Below are positions 25,471-34,693 of a stretch of DNA of 64,000 nucleotides, piece after piece (the stretch's first letter is position 1; each line of letters starts with the position of its first letter). The stretch lies in the IMG/VR virus record IMGVR_UViG_3300008116_000018. One strand, given 5' to 3'. The position numbers and the translations under genes were made by a program. The DNA is from a virus. The notes under the pieces were generated by a model. That model saw nothing but the letters and a program-made list of their open reading frames with translations. It was not told where the DNA came from and did no database searches.

Positions 25471-25877
25471 TAAGGCACATTGTACACCTGCACATAGTCA
25501 CTGGGTTCATTATTTAATATTGCAGTTTTGAGTGTACCCTTGAAATCATACGTAACTTGATAACCCTTTACGACATTATAGAATTCTTCGTGGGTTACTA
25601 AATTGCATATTGGTTTTTGGTTTAATGGTGTTGTTGCTAATATAACAGGTGTTCCGACAGACGCACCTGAATAGTGAACTGTTCCATAATGTTTTTCACA
25701 ATAATTTTTTGTTGCCATGTACGGTACCTTTTCTATGATAGGTTTCTTGCTTATTACTTTTGCCATGTATACTTTATTCGTTGAAGAATTATCTTCAACA
25801 AGGGTAACCTCGGCATGTGCAAAATTACACATAATTAAAAGTGCTACAATACTATGTAGCGTAGACAAGTTTTTCAT
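25470..25877 (-). CDS. secreted YcfJ-like protein
   Basis: signal peptide; AKVI...C...C...GYQVTYDFKG. Confidence 0.65.
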   Translation of the reverse strand: MKNLSTLHSIVALLIMCNFAHAEVTLVEDNSSTNKVYMAKVISKKPIIEKVPYMATKNYCEKHYGTVHYSGASVGTPVILATTPLNQKPICNLVTHEEFYNVVKGYQVTYDFKGTLKTAILNNEPSDYVQVYNVP

Positions 25878-26308
25878 TCCATCACATATATGCTAGTTAC
25901 TGATTTTACACGTACTGCGGTACCTGGATCGTGATTCATACGAACGGTTCTGATTTGTCCGTAGTATTCAAACGTTACATCATATCCAATAATGAATTGT
26001 TTGTATTCTCTATCAGCATAGGGAATGCATCTTTGAATCATGTTGCTTGGAGGTTTGCCCGTAGGTGTGCCAGCAGTTTGTGCCGATGCGCCAGACAAGT
26101 CTTCTACCATTGTGCATGATGTTCTAGTCACGTTATACGTTCTGGATTCTTGAATCGGTTGAATGCGAACAACTCTTGCCAATTCGAACTTAACTAAACT
26201 GTCACCCTCAAGGCTACTTCGATAATTGCTAGAATTACCTTGAAGCATACCAGAAACTGCGGATGTTGAAATCATAATTCCAACTAGTGCAGTGGTCAAG
26301 AATTTCAT
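25874..26308 (-). CDS. secreted YcfJ-like protein (paralog)
   Basis: ARVV...C...C...IIGYDVTFEYYG...TVRMNHDPG. Confidence 0.7.
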   Translation of the reverse strand: MKFLTTALVGIMISTSAVSGMLQGNSSNYRSSLEGDSLVKFELARVVRIQPIQESRTYNVTRTSCTMVEDLSGASAQTAGTPTGKPPSNMIQRCIPYADREYKQFIIGYDVTFEYYGQIRTVRMNHDPGTAVRVKSVTSIYVME

Positions 26309-26526
26309 TTTGAACTCCCAATGATAGCATTAATTATTGCAGTCAACCAAAACACCGACATTACAGTTTCCCATGTCACAGGAATGTTAACGGCAAACAA
26401 AGTATTGACAGCAGACAATGTAATGTATGAACCTAGAATGTACAGTGACACCCAAGCAATCAACGCACCAAGAATGACGCCGGCCGTTGCTTTTTCAGGC
26501 GCAAATGTAAACGGACCAATTTTCAT
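26305..26526 (-). CDS. small two-TM membrane protein
   Basis: hydrophobic; AVNTLF...IPVTWET. Confidence 0.7.
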   Translation of the reverse strand: MKIGPFTFAPEKATAGVILGALIAWVSLYILGSYITLSAVNTLFAVNIPVTWETVMSVFWLTAIINAIIGSSK

Positions 26527-26551
26527 AAAAACTCCTATTCAATGTTTATAC

Positions 26552-26580
26552 AGTATAACATAACAATCATGGCATGTCAA
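26552..26580 (-). promoter_or_regulatory. sigma70 promoter
   Basis: TTGACA-17-TATACT with extended -10 TG. Confidence 0.75.
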
Positions 26581-26894
26581 AATGTATTCAACGATGGTTC
26601 GAATTCGGCAATCAATTCTCGTTCACGCTGGTGTGCGGGTTTACGTCCACGAATCACTTCAAGGACTTCATATTGCCATGCGGCACCAGCCAACTCACGC
26701 AATGCAGTACACATTGCCCAATTTTTGTTTTCGCACTTTGCACGACTCACATGTTTTTGCCAGCGAACTTTAACAGAACGGACATAGGCTTGACCCTGTG
26801 CAACAGTCAAGCCAACATATGAATCGCCAGTATCCACGCACGTAACTTTGTACAGCACATGGTTTCGGTCGGAACGTTTCTTTCTCAATGTCAT
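26577..26894 (-). CDS. stand-alone GIY-YIG nuclease domain protein
   Basis: VLY...YVG...RWQKH...ERELI...LN. Confidence 0.8.
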   Translation of the reverse strand: MTLRKKRSDRNHVLYKVTCVDTGDSYVGLTVAQGQAYVRSVKVRWQKHVSRAKCENKNWAMCTALRELAGAAWQYEVLEVIRGRKPAHQRERELIAEFEPSLNTF

Positions 26895-26900
26895 ATGACT

Positions 26901-26961
26901 AGTATACCATAGTGGGACAACAAGTCAAGGGTTATTTCGGCTTTGTTGCAGGAAAACAACA
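26901..26961 (-). promoter_or_regulatory. palindrome-associated sigma70 promoter
   Basis: TTGACT-16-TATACT; palindrome 26944-26961. Confidence 0.8.
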
Positions 26962-26998
26962 AAATCCCCCTCTGATAATTGCTGAAAACTTGGTTTAC

Positions 26999-27006
26999 CA
27001 TAAATA
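26999..27006 (+). promoter_or_regulatory. T4 late-type promoter (variant)
   Basis: CATAAATA 25 nt before the first plus-strand gene. Confidence 0.5.
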
Positions 27007-27031
27007 TATCGACATTTAAAGGGAGGTTGTC

Positions 27032-27592
27032 ATGGCAGAAGTAGTATTTTCAGAAAAGAAACCATTGTCACGTAGTGAGCGTGAAGCAAATATCAAAGAC
27101 AAAGCGGGATGGTTGATTACTGTTCTAGCCGCTTTGCTTGCAATCAATACATATGTTTCAAGTGGTAACAGCAGTAAAGTATTGAACAATACAATTAGTG
27201 CAAATAATACTTGGGCATTCTATCAAGCAAAATCAGTTAAACAAACTCTTGCTGAGATGGCTAGAGATGATGCTATCGATAGAAAACAATTTGATAAAGC
27301 AGACAAGTTAACTGCAAAGATTGATAGATACGAATCTGAGCCTGCAACAGGTGAAGGTAAGAAAGAACTATTTGCTAAAGCAAAGGCACTTGAAGCGGAA
27401 CGTGACCAAATTCGTAAGTCTGGTCCTTGGATGACATTTGCTGGTTCTGCATTTCAAATTGCAATTGTTTTATTGACGGCAAGCATTTTAGCAGTTAGCA
27501 TGTCGTTATATTTTGCTAGTATTGGCGTTGGAATTTTTGCCGCCTTACTAATGAGTCAAGGTCTATGGCTTTGGCTTCCAATAGTTTTATAA
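27032..27592 (+). CDS. DUF4337-like membrane protein
   Basis: LAALLAI...WAFYQAKSVKQ...FQIAIVL; GGAGG SD. Confidence 0.8.
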   Translation: MAEVVFSEKKPLSRSEREANIKDKAGWLITVLAALLAINTYVSSGNSSKVLNNTISANNTWAFYQAKSVKQTLAEMARDDAIDRKQFDKADKLTAKIDRYESEPATGEGKKELFAKAKALEAERDQIRKSGPWMTFAGSAFQIAIVLLTASILAVSMSLYFASIGVGIFAALLMSQGLWLWLPIVL

Positions 27593-27788
27593 AAATTATT
27601 GTCTTTATAATATGTTTAATAATTCTAAATGCGAGTGCTGAAAGGACAAACAAAAACGAAACGATGAAGTGTGTCCGTTGGGGATGGACTGGTGATGTGT
27701 TTGAACGAAAAGTATATTGCATAGAGTGGGTTAAAAAAGACTGTTCGAATAGATTACACAAAGAAATTTGTAAACGGGAGTAAAACAA

Positions 27789-28286
27789 ATGATCGATCCT
27801 ATCACGGCACTAGCAGGCATTACGTCTGCTATTTCGATGGTTAAAAAAGCGGCTAAGGTCGCAAATGACCTAGGTTCTCTTGCGCCAATGATCGGCAAGA
27901 TGTTCGATGCCAAGAGTACCGCTACTAAAGCATTGATTGAAGCTAAAAAGACAAAGAAGGGTTCCAACATGGGAACCGCACTTCAGATTGAAATGGCATT
28001 AGAACAAGCTAGGGCATTCGAAGAAGAGTTAAAATTGCTGTTTATGCAGACAGGCAAGATTGACGTATGGAATAAAATCAAGGCTCGTCAAGCAGAAATG
28101 GATGCAGACGATGCTAATGATTTAAGACTTCATAACGCACAAGAACGTAAGCGTAAACAAAAAGAAGAAGAGTTAAATGAATGGGCGATGATTATCGGCG
28201 CAGTTGCATTTGTCATATTCATATTTGCTATCGGTAGTTATGAACTGATACAATGGTGCCAAACAAGTGCTAGGTGTGGAAGATGA
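27789..28286 (+). CDS. MIDPIT-start coiled-coil protein with C-terminal TM
   Basis: amphipathic N-helix, coiled coil, TM; GGAG SD. Confidence 0.75.
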   Translation: MIDPITALAGITSAISMVKKAAKVANDLGSLAPMIGKMFDAKSTATKALIEAKKTKKGSNMGTALQIEMALEQARAFEEELKLLFMQTGKIDVWNKIKARQAEMDADDANDLRLHNAQERKRKQKEEELNEWAMIIGAVAFVIFIFAIGSYELIQWCQTSARCGR

Positions 28287-28435
28287 ACGAATACCAAAAA
28301 ACATTTGATCTTTGCTTAAAGATATTTTGTTATGGCTCAGTAGCATTATACTTATTAGGCTTCCTTAAATTCTTGCCTGATGACCTATCAGACAGAATTG
28401 TCAATGGATTGATTAATAAGTACCTACCTTTTTAG
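28283..28435 (+). CDS. small membrane protein (50 aa, not in ORF track)
   Basis: ATGA overlap; MNEYQKTFDLCLKIFCYGSVALYLLGFLKFLPDDLSD... Confidence 0.65.
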   Translation: MNEYQKTFDLCLKIFCYGSVALYLLGFLKFLPDDLSDRIVNGLINKYLPF

Positions 28436-28445
28436 CACATGAAAA

Positions 28446-29219
28446 ATGGATCCAATCACCCTCTTTGCATTAGCGAACGGAGCAGTCTCCGCAGTCAAGG
28501 CTGGATGCAAACTTTATAAAGATATTAAAGGTGCCGCTGGAGATATCAGAGGCGTACTCAAAGATTTAGATGAACAGTTTGCAAATAACCATAAGAATAA
28601 ACCAGCAACAACTACACAACGTAATGCGTACATAGAAGAGAAAAATCGTGTAATAGAATTAAACAAGCGTGATGGTGATACAACTAGCATCTATACAGAG
28701 ATTGGTAATCATCTTGGCACATACTACGATAACTTAAATAAATGTATTGCTGTGTTTGAAGAAGAAGAACGAAAAGCAAGGACTAAAATTTATGAGGGTG
28801 ATGATAGTTTAGGTAAACGTGCGTTACAGCGTGTGTTAATGCGTAAACAATTAGAACAAATGGCTGTTGAGTTGCGTGAATTGATGGTATATCAAAGTCC
28901 GCCTGAGTTGGGTGCATTGTATACTGAAGTTGAAGAGATGATGGTTCAGATGGGAAAAGAACAAAAGATTCTTATCACAAAACAAATACAAAGAGAAGAA
29001 ATTGAAAACCGTAGACGCACCGTTAGGAAAAAACAAATGATGCATCAGGCAATGATTGGCATTGCTATCTTATTTGTAATTTTTGTTTTTGGATTCAGCA
29101 TGATGTGGGTTGCACAAATGCGACAAGAAATGTACCCTCAGTACGGCAACGAATTTATTCCAAAAACAGAAGAACAACGCAGACAGGAATCCCAACCACA
29201 AATTTATGTGGGTAGATAA
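28446..29219 (+). CDS. MDPIT-start coiled-coil protein with C-terminal TM
   Basis: same architecture as 27789-28286. Confidence 0.75.
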   Translation: MDPITLFALANGAVSAVKAGCKLYKDIKGAAGDIRGVLKDLDEQFANNHKNKPATTTQRNAYIEEKNRVIELNKRDGDTTSIYTEIGNHLGTYYDNLNKCIAVFEEEERKARTKIYEGDDSLGKRALQRVLMRKQLEQMAVELRELMVYQSPPELGALYTEVEEMMVQMGKEQKILITKQIQREEIENRRRTVRKKQMMHQAMIGIAILFVIFVFGFSMMWVAQMRQEMYPQYGNEFIPKTEEQRRQESQPQIYVGR

Positions 29220-29993
29220 ATGGTTCATACGAAAACATATCGTTCTATTTTTGTGAGTGATGTGCATTTAGGCACGAAAGATAGTCAAGCAGATAAGTTA
29301 AATAACTTTTTAAAGCATAACAGTTGTGACACACTATATCTAGTGGGTGATATTATTGATGCATGGCGCATACAACAAAACAAGTGGCGATGGAAACAAA
29401 GCCATACCAATGTAGTACGTAGAGTATTAGGTCACGCAAAACGTGGCACTAGAGTTGTTTATATAGCCGGGAATCACGATGAGTTTCTTAGACCCATGAT
29501 ACCATATGGTTTTAGTTTTGGTCTTGTTGAAATTCACAATCAAATAGAACATATAGGTGCAGATGGTAAGCATTATCTAGTCACACATGGAGACTTGTTT
29601 GACGGCATTACTAAACTGGCACCATGGTTAGCATTCTTAGGAGATAAAGCATATGACTTCATCCTTTCTGTCAATAGTAGGTATAATTGGCTACGTCATC
29701 GCATGGGTTTTGGGTACTTTAGCATTAGCAAGTTTCTTAAACACAGAGTTAAAAAGGCAGTAGACTTTATGTTCAAGTTTGAAGAAAACTTGGCCAATTA
29801 CTGTAAGAAGCGAGGTTTTGATGGAGTTATATGCGGACATATACACCACGCAGAGATTAAAGAAATTAATGGCGTTATGTATATGAATGATGGCGATTGG
29901 GTTGAAAGTTGTACAGCACTTGTAGAACACCATGACGGCCGCTGGGAAATTATAACTTGGACTAAGGAAAAAGACAATGATGAAACTCTGTGA
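29220..29993 (+). CDS. plcP: PlcP/LpxH2-type metallophosphoesterase (phospholipase C for lipid remodelling)
   Basis: SDVHLGT, LVGDIID, GNHDEFLR, HGDLFD, WLAFLGD, CGHIHHAEI, NDGDWVESCTALVEH. Confidence 0.8.
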   Translation: MVHTKTYRSIFVSDVHLGTKDSQADKLNNFLKHNSCDTLYLVGDIIDAWRIQQNKWRWKQSHTNVVRRVLGHAKRGTRVVYIAGNHDEFLRPMIPYGFSFGLVEIHNQIEHIGADGKHYLVTHGDLFDGITKLAPWLAFLGDKAYDFILSVNSRYNWLRHRMGFGYFSISKFLKHRVKKAVDFMFKFEENLANYCKKRGFDGVICGHIHHAEIKEINGVMYMNDGDWVESCTALVEHHDGRWEIITWTKEKDNDETL

Positions 29994-30690
29994 TAAAATT
30001 ACTATTGTTGTGCCGTGTAAGAATGAAGAAAATTATATTCATCATCTACTAGATTCACTACGTTCACAAAACATAGGTGACACTAGAGTAATCATTGCTG
30101 ACTGTTCCACCGATGCCACTAGACAAGTTATTAAAGATAACAGTATTGGACTGAATGTTGAAATCATTGATGGTGGTCCAGTGTCTATTGCTAAGAACAA
30201 CGGAGCAAGACTAGTCACTACTCCTTACATTCTGTTCATCGATGCCGATGTTCGATTCTTTAAAGATACAGTTATTCAAGATTCTGTTAACAAGATGGAA
30301 TTAAAGAAACTACATCTTGTTGGACTAAACATTAAATGTTACGATAAAGATATACGTGCAAAGATTGGCTTTACTGCATTCAACCTAATTAATCATACAC
30401 TAAAATTCTTTTCACCATTTGCAGTTGGCGCATTCATGCTGACACGTAAAGATAAGTTTGAAGAGTATGGTGGGTTTCCTGAAAACCTATTAACATCTGA
30501 AGACTACTTCTTGTCTAAAAAATATAGTCCTAGAAAGTTTAAGATTATTCGACACCACTTCGGACAAGATAGCCGTAGATTTAAAAAGATGGGCTACTTA
30601 GGTATGGGCAAATATCTTATTAAAAATTTTGTTAATCGCAATAACAAAAAGTATTGGGAAAGTTTATACCATAATAGATACTGGAATTAA
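29977..30690 (+). CDS. GT2 glycosyltransferase
   Basis: VVPCKNEE, STDAT, KNNGA, FIDAD, SEDY, SRRF. Confidence 0.9.
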   Translation: MMKLCDKITIVVPCKNEENYIHHLLDSLRSQNIGDTRVIIADCSTDATRQVIKDNSIGLNVEIIDGGPVSIAKNNGARLVTTPYILFIDADVRFFKDTVIQDSVNKMELKKLHLVGLNIKCYDKDIRAKIGFTAFNLINHTLKFFSPFAVGAFMLTRKDKFEEYGGFPENLLTSEDYFLSKKYSPRKFKIIRHHFGQDSRRFKKMGYLGMGKYLIKNFVNRNNKKYWESLYHNRYWN

Positions 30691-30695
30691 GCACA

Positions 30696-30977
30696 TTATT
30701 TTGGTGCTGGCTTTCTTTTCCTAGGCGCAGTAGTAGTCGCTTTAGTAGTTTGTGGTTTTTTTCTAGTAGTCGTTGCGATAGGCGCAGGAGAATTTTTAGT
30801 CCATGCTTGTTGTGGTATCGCTTCTGCTACTGGTGCAACTTCAACCTTAGCATCTACTGCCGCAGTAGTTTCTTTGATGTTTTTGATTGCCGCATCAGCC
30901 GCAGTCAATGGAACTTCTTGAGTTGCCTCTACCGCTGGTTTGCTACCTGTGAAAAACTCTTTAATTTTATTGAACAT
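30696..30977 (-). CDS. A/T/K-rich small protein
   Basis: ORF downstream of the endolysin. Confidence 0.65.
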   Translation of the reverse strand: MFNKIKEFFTGSKPAVEATQEVPLTAADAAIKNIKETTAAVDAKVEVAPVAEAIPQQAWTKNSPAPIATTTRKKPQTTKATTTAPRKRKPAPK

Positions 30978-30989
30978 GATTATCGCCTT

Positions 30990-31610
30990 TTAAGTTAAAA
31001 TTTCAATCGCATGATTGTAATGATTGATTCTGTCTTCTAAGCCAATGAATCCACCATTGATTCGTTTCGTCATTGTCTTTATATCTCCACTATCTGATAG
31101 TTCATTCAGTCTAGCCGCAGACCAGAACCAACAAGCAGAATGAATAGCATACTCTGCTTCAAGCAACAAATCAGGATTCTCAACTAGTACATTGCTTTCA
31201 AACAATGATTGTGAACACTTAGTGTAGTTATTCTTTCCTGTAATTTGTATAATGCCTCTTCCACGAAAGTACCAGCCTTCTCCAGATGCTTCATCTCCAT
31301 TACCCATACGATTAGCATATACACGATTCGCAATCATTTCTGGTTTGCGTTCGTATGGTTTTGCGTGGGCTTCAGTAGGAAAGTATTTCTTAAAAGTACC
31401 GACTAAACCTTTTGCAGAATAATTCAAATTCTCTTGCATCAAAGTAAATCCACCAGACTCATGTCCACATTGTGCCATGAAAGCCGCAACTCGCTTTGGT
31501 GTGTCTATGTCATACTCAGGTAAAATATCACTTAGATTAGTATACCATTCGTCAAAGTTTTTAACTTTTGGAATTAAATGATGTACTGCCTCTTCTGTAA
31601 AAAAGTCCAT
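30990..31610 (-). CDS. GH19 endolysin
   Basis: AQCGHES, ENLNYS, FRGRGIIQITGKNNY, KRINGG..GLEDR. Confidence 0.92.
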   Translation of the reverse strand: MDFFTEEAVHHLIPKVKNFDEWYTNLSDILPEYDIDTPKRVAAFMAQCGHESGGFTLMQENLNYSAKGLVGTFKKYFPTEAHAKPYERKPEMIANRVYANRMGNGDEASGEGWYFRGRGIIQITGKNNYTKCSQSLFESNVLVENPDLLLEAEYAIHSACWFWSAARLNELSDSGDIKTMTKRINGGFIGLEDRINHYNHAIEILT

Positions 31611-31652
31611 TGCTGTCTCCTCTATGATTATATAGAAGTATTTAGCATAGAA

Positions 31653-32378
31653 TTAATCCCAAAGTGCTTGATAGTATTTGCCAAACAAACGAAATCCGTT
31701 TTGAATTCGTGTCTCAACCACTTTCATGCCTTCATAGTCACATTTGTATGTGTCGTTAGGACCATGACCCATTCGAAACAACTTAGCGTCTTTCTTGGGA
31801 ACTTCATTGCCGTCTTTGTCGATTGGAGTCCAAATCAATTCGTGTTCACCAGAACGAAACGCTTCTTCCCACGAATCATCATTCTTGCAAGTAAACGCAA
31901 AAATCATTTCATCTAATACCCAATCCCAACGCTTAAAATGATTTTCGTCAGTATCATATTCATTCTCTTTTGCTGGCGCTGAAGTTGACTTCAATTCTTC
32001 TGGCACATCTTCATCATCAACATGGGGTCCACCATGCTTTGTTGCTTGCAATTGTTTCAGCATAGGCAAGACAATCATTGCGAGTGTGTGATCCATTGAC
32101 CATGTATCGTATTTGTCAATCTTGATATATGACTTACGATTGCGCTTAGACTCTATCCATTGGCATAGTTTCAACAGCCAAGTTTCTGGAGCATTCTTTG
32201 ATTCTACAATTTCTTCTTTTGTAGTTCCGTGAGAAAGCCAAGTACCAAAGTTATGCACCCAATCAGGCTTACGTTTGAATCCATATTCATCCTCGACAGG
32301 CTTTGCCCAAAAGCAAAGTGCTTCGGCAATCTGATATGGTCCAACCCAATTCTTATAAGGTCCGATATAAACTTTCAT
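31653..32378 (-). CDS. conserved T4-like hypothetical protein
   Basis: DTWSMDHTLA...WDWVLDEMI...GFRLFGKYYQALWD. Confidence 0.8.
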   Translation of the reverse strand: MKVYIGPYKNWVGPYQIAEALCFWAKPVEDEYGFKRKPDWVHNFGTWLSHGTTKEEIVESKNAPETWLLKLCQWIESKRNRKSYIKIDKYDTWSMDHTLAMIVLPMLKQLQATKHGGPHVDDEDVPEELKSTSAPAKENEYDTDENHFKRWDWVLDEMIFAFTCKNDDSWEEAFRSGEHELIWTPIDKDGNEVPKKDAKLFRMGHGPNDTYKCDYEGMKVVETRIQNGFRLFGKYYQALWD

Positions 32379-32683
32379 TTCAATTTCTTCCTAATGTGTG
32401 GACATGGATTAGGTCTAGTGCGAATTTCTGCATTCAAAAAGGGATCATCATCTATTAACACACCAAACTCTTTTTCTATATAGTATTTACCCATCGCCTT
32501 GATACATTGATCCATCAAACTATTAGAACCAGAAGAATCATCTTCTGCCCAAAAACAGATCGGAGACCTACCCCATGTACGATATCTTAAAACATCGTGG
32601 AAAATTTTTCTATGGTTTTTATTACTAGGGTCAAACGTTTCGAACACTCTGCCGAATTGCTGAATCTTGCTCATTACTTTCAC
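32375..32683 (-). CDS. hypothetical protein
   Basis: FDPSNKNHRK...WG pattern. Confidence 0.65.
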   Translation of the reverse strand: MKVMSKIQQFGRVFETFDPSNKNHRKIFHDVLRYRTWGRSPICFWAEDDSSGSNSLMDQCIKAMGKYYIEKEFGVLIDDDPFLNAEIRTRPNPCPHIRKKLK

Positions 32684-32793
32684 TTTCTATCATAATTAAA
32701 AGACGCTTTGATTCTTTACGAACCTCAGCAGTTACTGACCAACCAAAACCCTCAGGATGCAGTAACTCTTGCAAAAAATGCACAACTTCATTT

Positions 32794-33027
32794 TCAGTTT
32801 GCGTTTTCATTCGTCACCTTCACAAATGGACTATTGACGGCAAAATCTTCAGGCAATCTCTCCACAATCTTTGTGAAGTGATATGGGTCTGGATAGTGTC
32901 GTAGAACACCCAATGCACGTTGACGAATATACTTAGGCACCTTAGGTGTTACTTTTGGATTCAACAAATCCAAAAGCATTTGATGCCCGCAACGCAACGC
33001 ACGATATCTTTCGTCAGGTAGCGTCAT
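32794..33027 (-). CDS. conserved small protein
   Basis: MTLPDERYRA...TPKVP...LRHYP. Confidence 0.75.
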   Translation of the reverse strand: MTLPDERYRALRCGHQMLLDLLNPKVTPKVPKYIRQRALGVLRHYPDPYHFTKIVERLPEDFAVNSPFVKVTNENAN

Positions 33028-33032
33028 TATAG

Positions 33033-33527
33033 TTACCTCGAAGAATCGTCAGAGTAGTCATCTTTTTGAATATGCTCTGCCATTGTCGTGAAGAAATTTT
33101 TAACTTTCATTTCTTCAGTCCACGCTTTGCAGTAGGCATTGTCCTTATCACATAACGCAAGTGCTTCTTCTTTTGTAATGACACGATGTGAGGTGATAGT
33201 TTCACCCAAGTGTTCTTGTGAGAATTCTTTAGCCTCACACAAAGTAACTGTATCAAGTGCCCAATCAGCTTTGTCTTTGCCGTATCTGTCAACGCCAACA
33301 GGCACTTCTACCATGTATCGTTCACGAAACATAGACACGGCTTCAACAAGAACCCATTGTGTTTCAGTCTTCTTCATAGTCCAACTACCATCCTTATTGT
33401 CAATCCAATCAATAGTGTCACCAGTCTTCCAACCAGTTTGCTCTAGTATATCATCATTCAGTGGAAGAATCAAGTCACCAGTCTCAGGGTCTTCTTCCAA
33501 GTTTATAGTCCAAGATTTGTTTGCCAT
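33033..33527 (-). CDS. AbrB/MazE-like N-domain fused to a conserved phage domain
   Basis: GDLILPL...GWKTGDTIDW swapped-hairpin pattern; EFSQEHLGE. Confidence 0.7.
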   Translation of the reverse strand: MANKSWTINLEEDPETGDLILPLNDDILEQTGWKTGDTIDWIDNKDGSWTMKKTETQWVLVEAVSMFRERYMVEVPVGVDRYGKDKADWALDTVTLCEAKEFSQEHLGETITSHRVITKEEALALCDKDNAYCKAWTEEMKVKNFFTTMAEHIQKDDYSDDSSR

Positions 33528-33551
33528 ACGTACTCCTTAAGCGATACATTT

Positions 33552-33580
33552 ATTATAACTCAAGTGTCATGAAAAGTCAA
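33552..33580 (-). promoter_or_regulatory. sigma70 promoter
   Basis: TTGACT-17-TATAAT. Confidence 0.75.
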
Positions 33581-33870
33581 GCGGCAAGCATTCTTATCAA
33601 ACCTATGGAATCAATAGTTGTTAGCAGAATATAGTTAGCCAACATGCCAAAAGATTTCCTAGTCCAACTAGCCCAAGCATACATAGCACAGCCAAGGATC
33701 CAGATAGGGTAAAGAGTAAGAAGCGGAGGAGTGGGGACTGTGAGTGCCATAGTAATACTACAGCCAATGCTAATAGCCCAAGCAAGCAACTCAACAACAA
33801 AGCGAATTCTGTTAGACTTAAAATCATCTTTAATCCATTCTATAGTGGGGCGAAACAAATCAATAATCAT
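33577..33870 (-). CDS. three-TM membrane protein
   Basis: three hydrophobic segments. Confidence 0.75.
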   Translation of the reverse strand: MIIDLFRPTIEWIKDDFKSNRIRFVVELLAWAISIGCSITMALTVPTPPLLTLYPIWILGCAMYAWASWTRKSFGMLANYILLTTIDSIGLIRMLAA

Positions 33871-33874
33871 AATC

Positions 33875-34693
33875 TCAATCTAAGTTAAATAAATCGGGGT
33901 GTGTCTTTGCGAAATACAACCTCAATAAGTTCCAGTGTTCGAATAACTCATGTGATTGTCTTTCGACAACCATACGTTTAATACCATACAGTGCGTTTAG
34001 CACTTTGCTAAAATCATTAATTTGATTTTGATAAACGTCATAGTCATATGGCTGACTATAGACTTTATATTCTTTCATCTGAAGAAACGTAGAGAACAAT
34101 CGTTCAACGATAAATGGAAACATATTCAGATTTGGGTCTCTGCTATAGTTTGCACTACCGTGATAAATTTCTGCATCTTCTCCAGTCAATGATTCGAGTT
34201 TTTCTTTGATATCTTTTACGAATGCAATGTACTCTAACCAAAATGCTTTTGTCGCAACAAAGTAACTACAATAGCAAGCTGAATCTGTCATTACACTATC
34301 AAGCACATTCGTATCATATCCGCCAGCAGTAAATGCGGAACGAACAACTTGTTTAATTCCTGGATGGAAATAATCTCCTTGTTCCCACACGTTCGCAGTT
34401 AATGCATTCTGTACTCTAGCATGATTGAAAATGTAAACATCAAATCCTTCACTCTCATCAATAGCATTTTTAATTACGTTAGCTTCATAACGCATCTTGC
34501 TTTGCCAGCGAGGACCAAAGACACCCCAAGCATCTAAGTCATCTGCAAAGCCTTCATCAATGATACGATTGAATGAATGAAACTCACGCAACTCGGGCTT
34601 CTCATTTGACGTATTATCAAATGGTGTCAGTAGAGGATCGACTAAAGGAATCTGTCTGTTTTCGAAACAAATCTGAAAAATCTTATAGTTCAA
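33875..34693 (-). CDS. glycosyltransferase-like protein
   Basis: KIFQI...LRE...FIVERLFS. Confidence 0.55.
   Translation of the reverse strand: MNYKIFQICFENRQIPLVDPLLTPFDNTSNEKPELREFHSFNRIIDEGFADDLDAWGVFGPRWQSKMRYEANVIKNAIDESEGFDVYIFNHARVQNALTANVWEQGDYFHPGIKQVVRSAFTAGGYDTNVLDSVMTDSACYCSYFVATKAFWLEYIAFVKDIKEKLESLTGEDAEIYHGSANYSRDPNLNMFPFIVERLFSTFLQMKEYKVYSQPYDYDVYQNQINDFSKVLNALYGIKRMVVERQSHELFEHWNLLRLYFAKTHPDLFNLD

Noticed and set aside
29000-29220. Pho box upstream of plcP or phoH
   Set aside because: I found no convincing CTGTCAT-type 11-bp-spaced direct repeat by eye.
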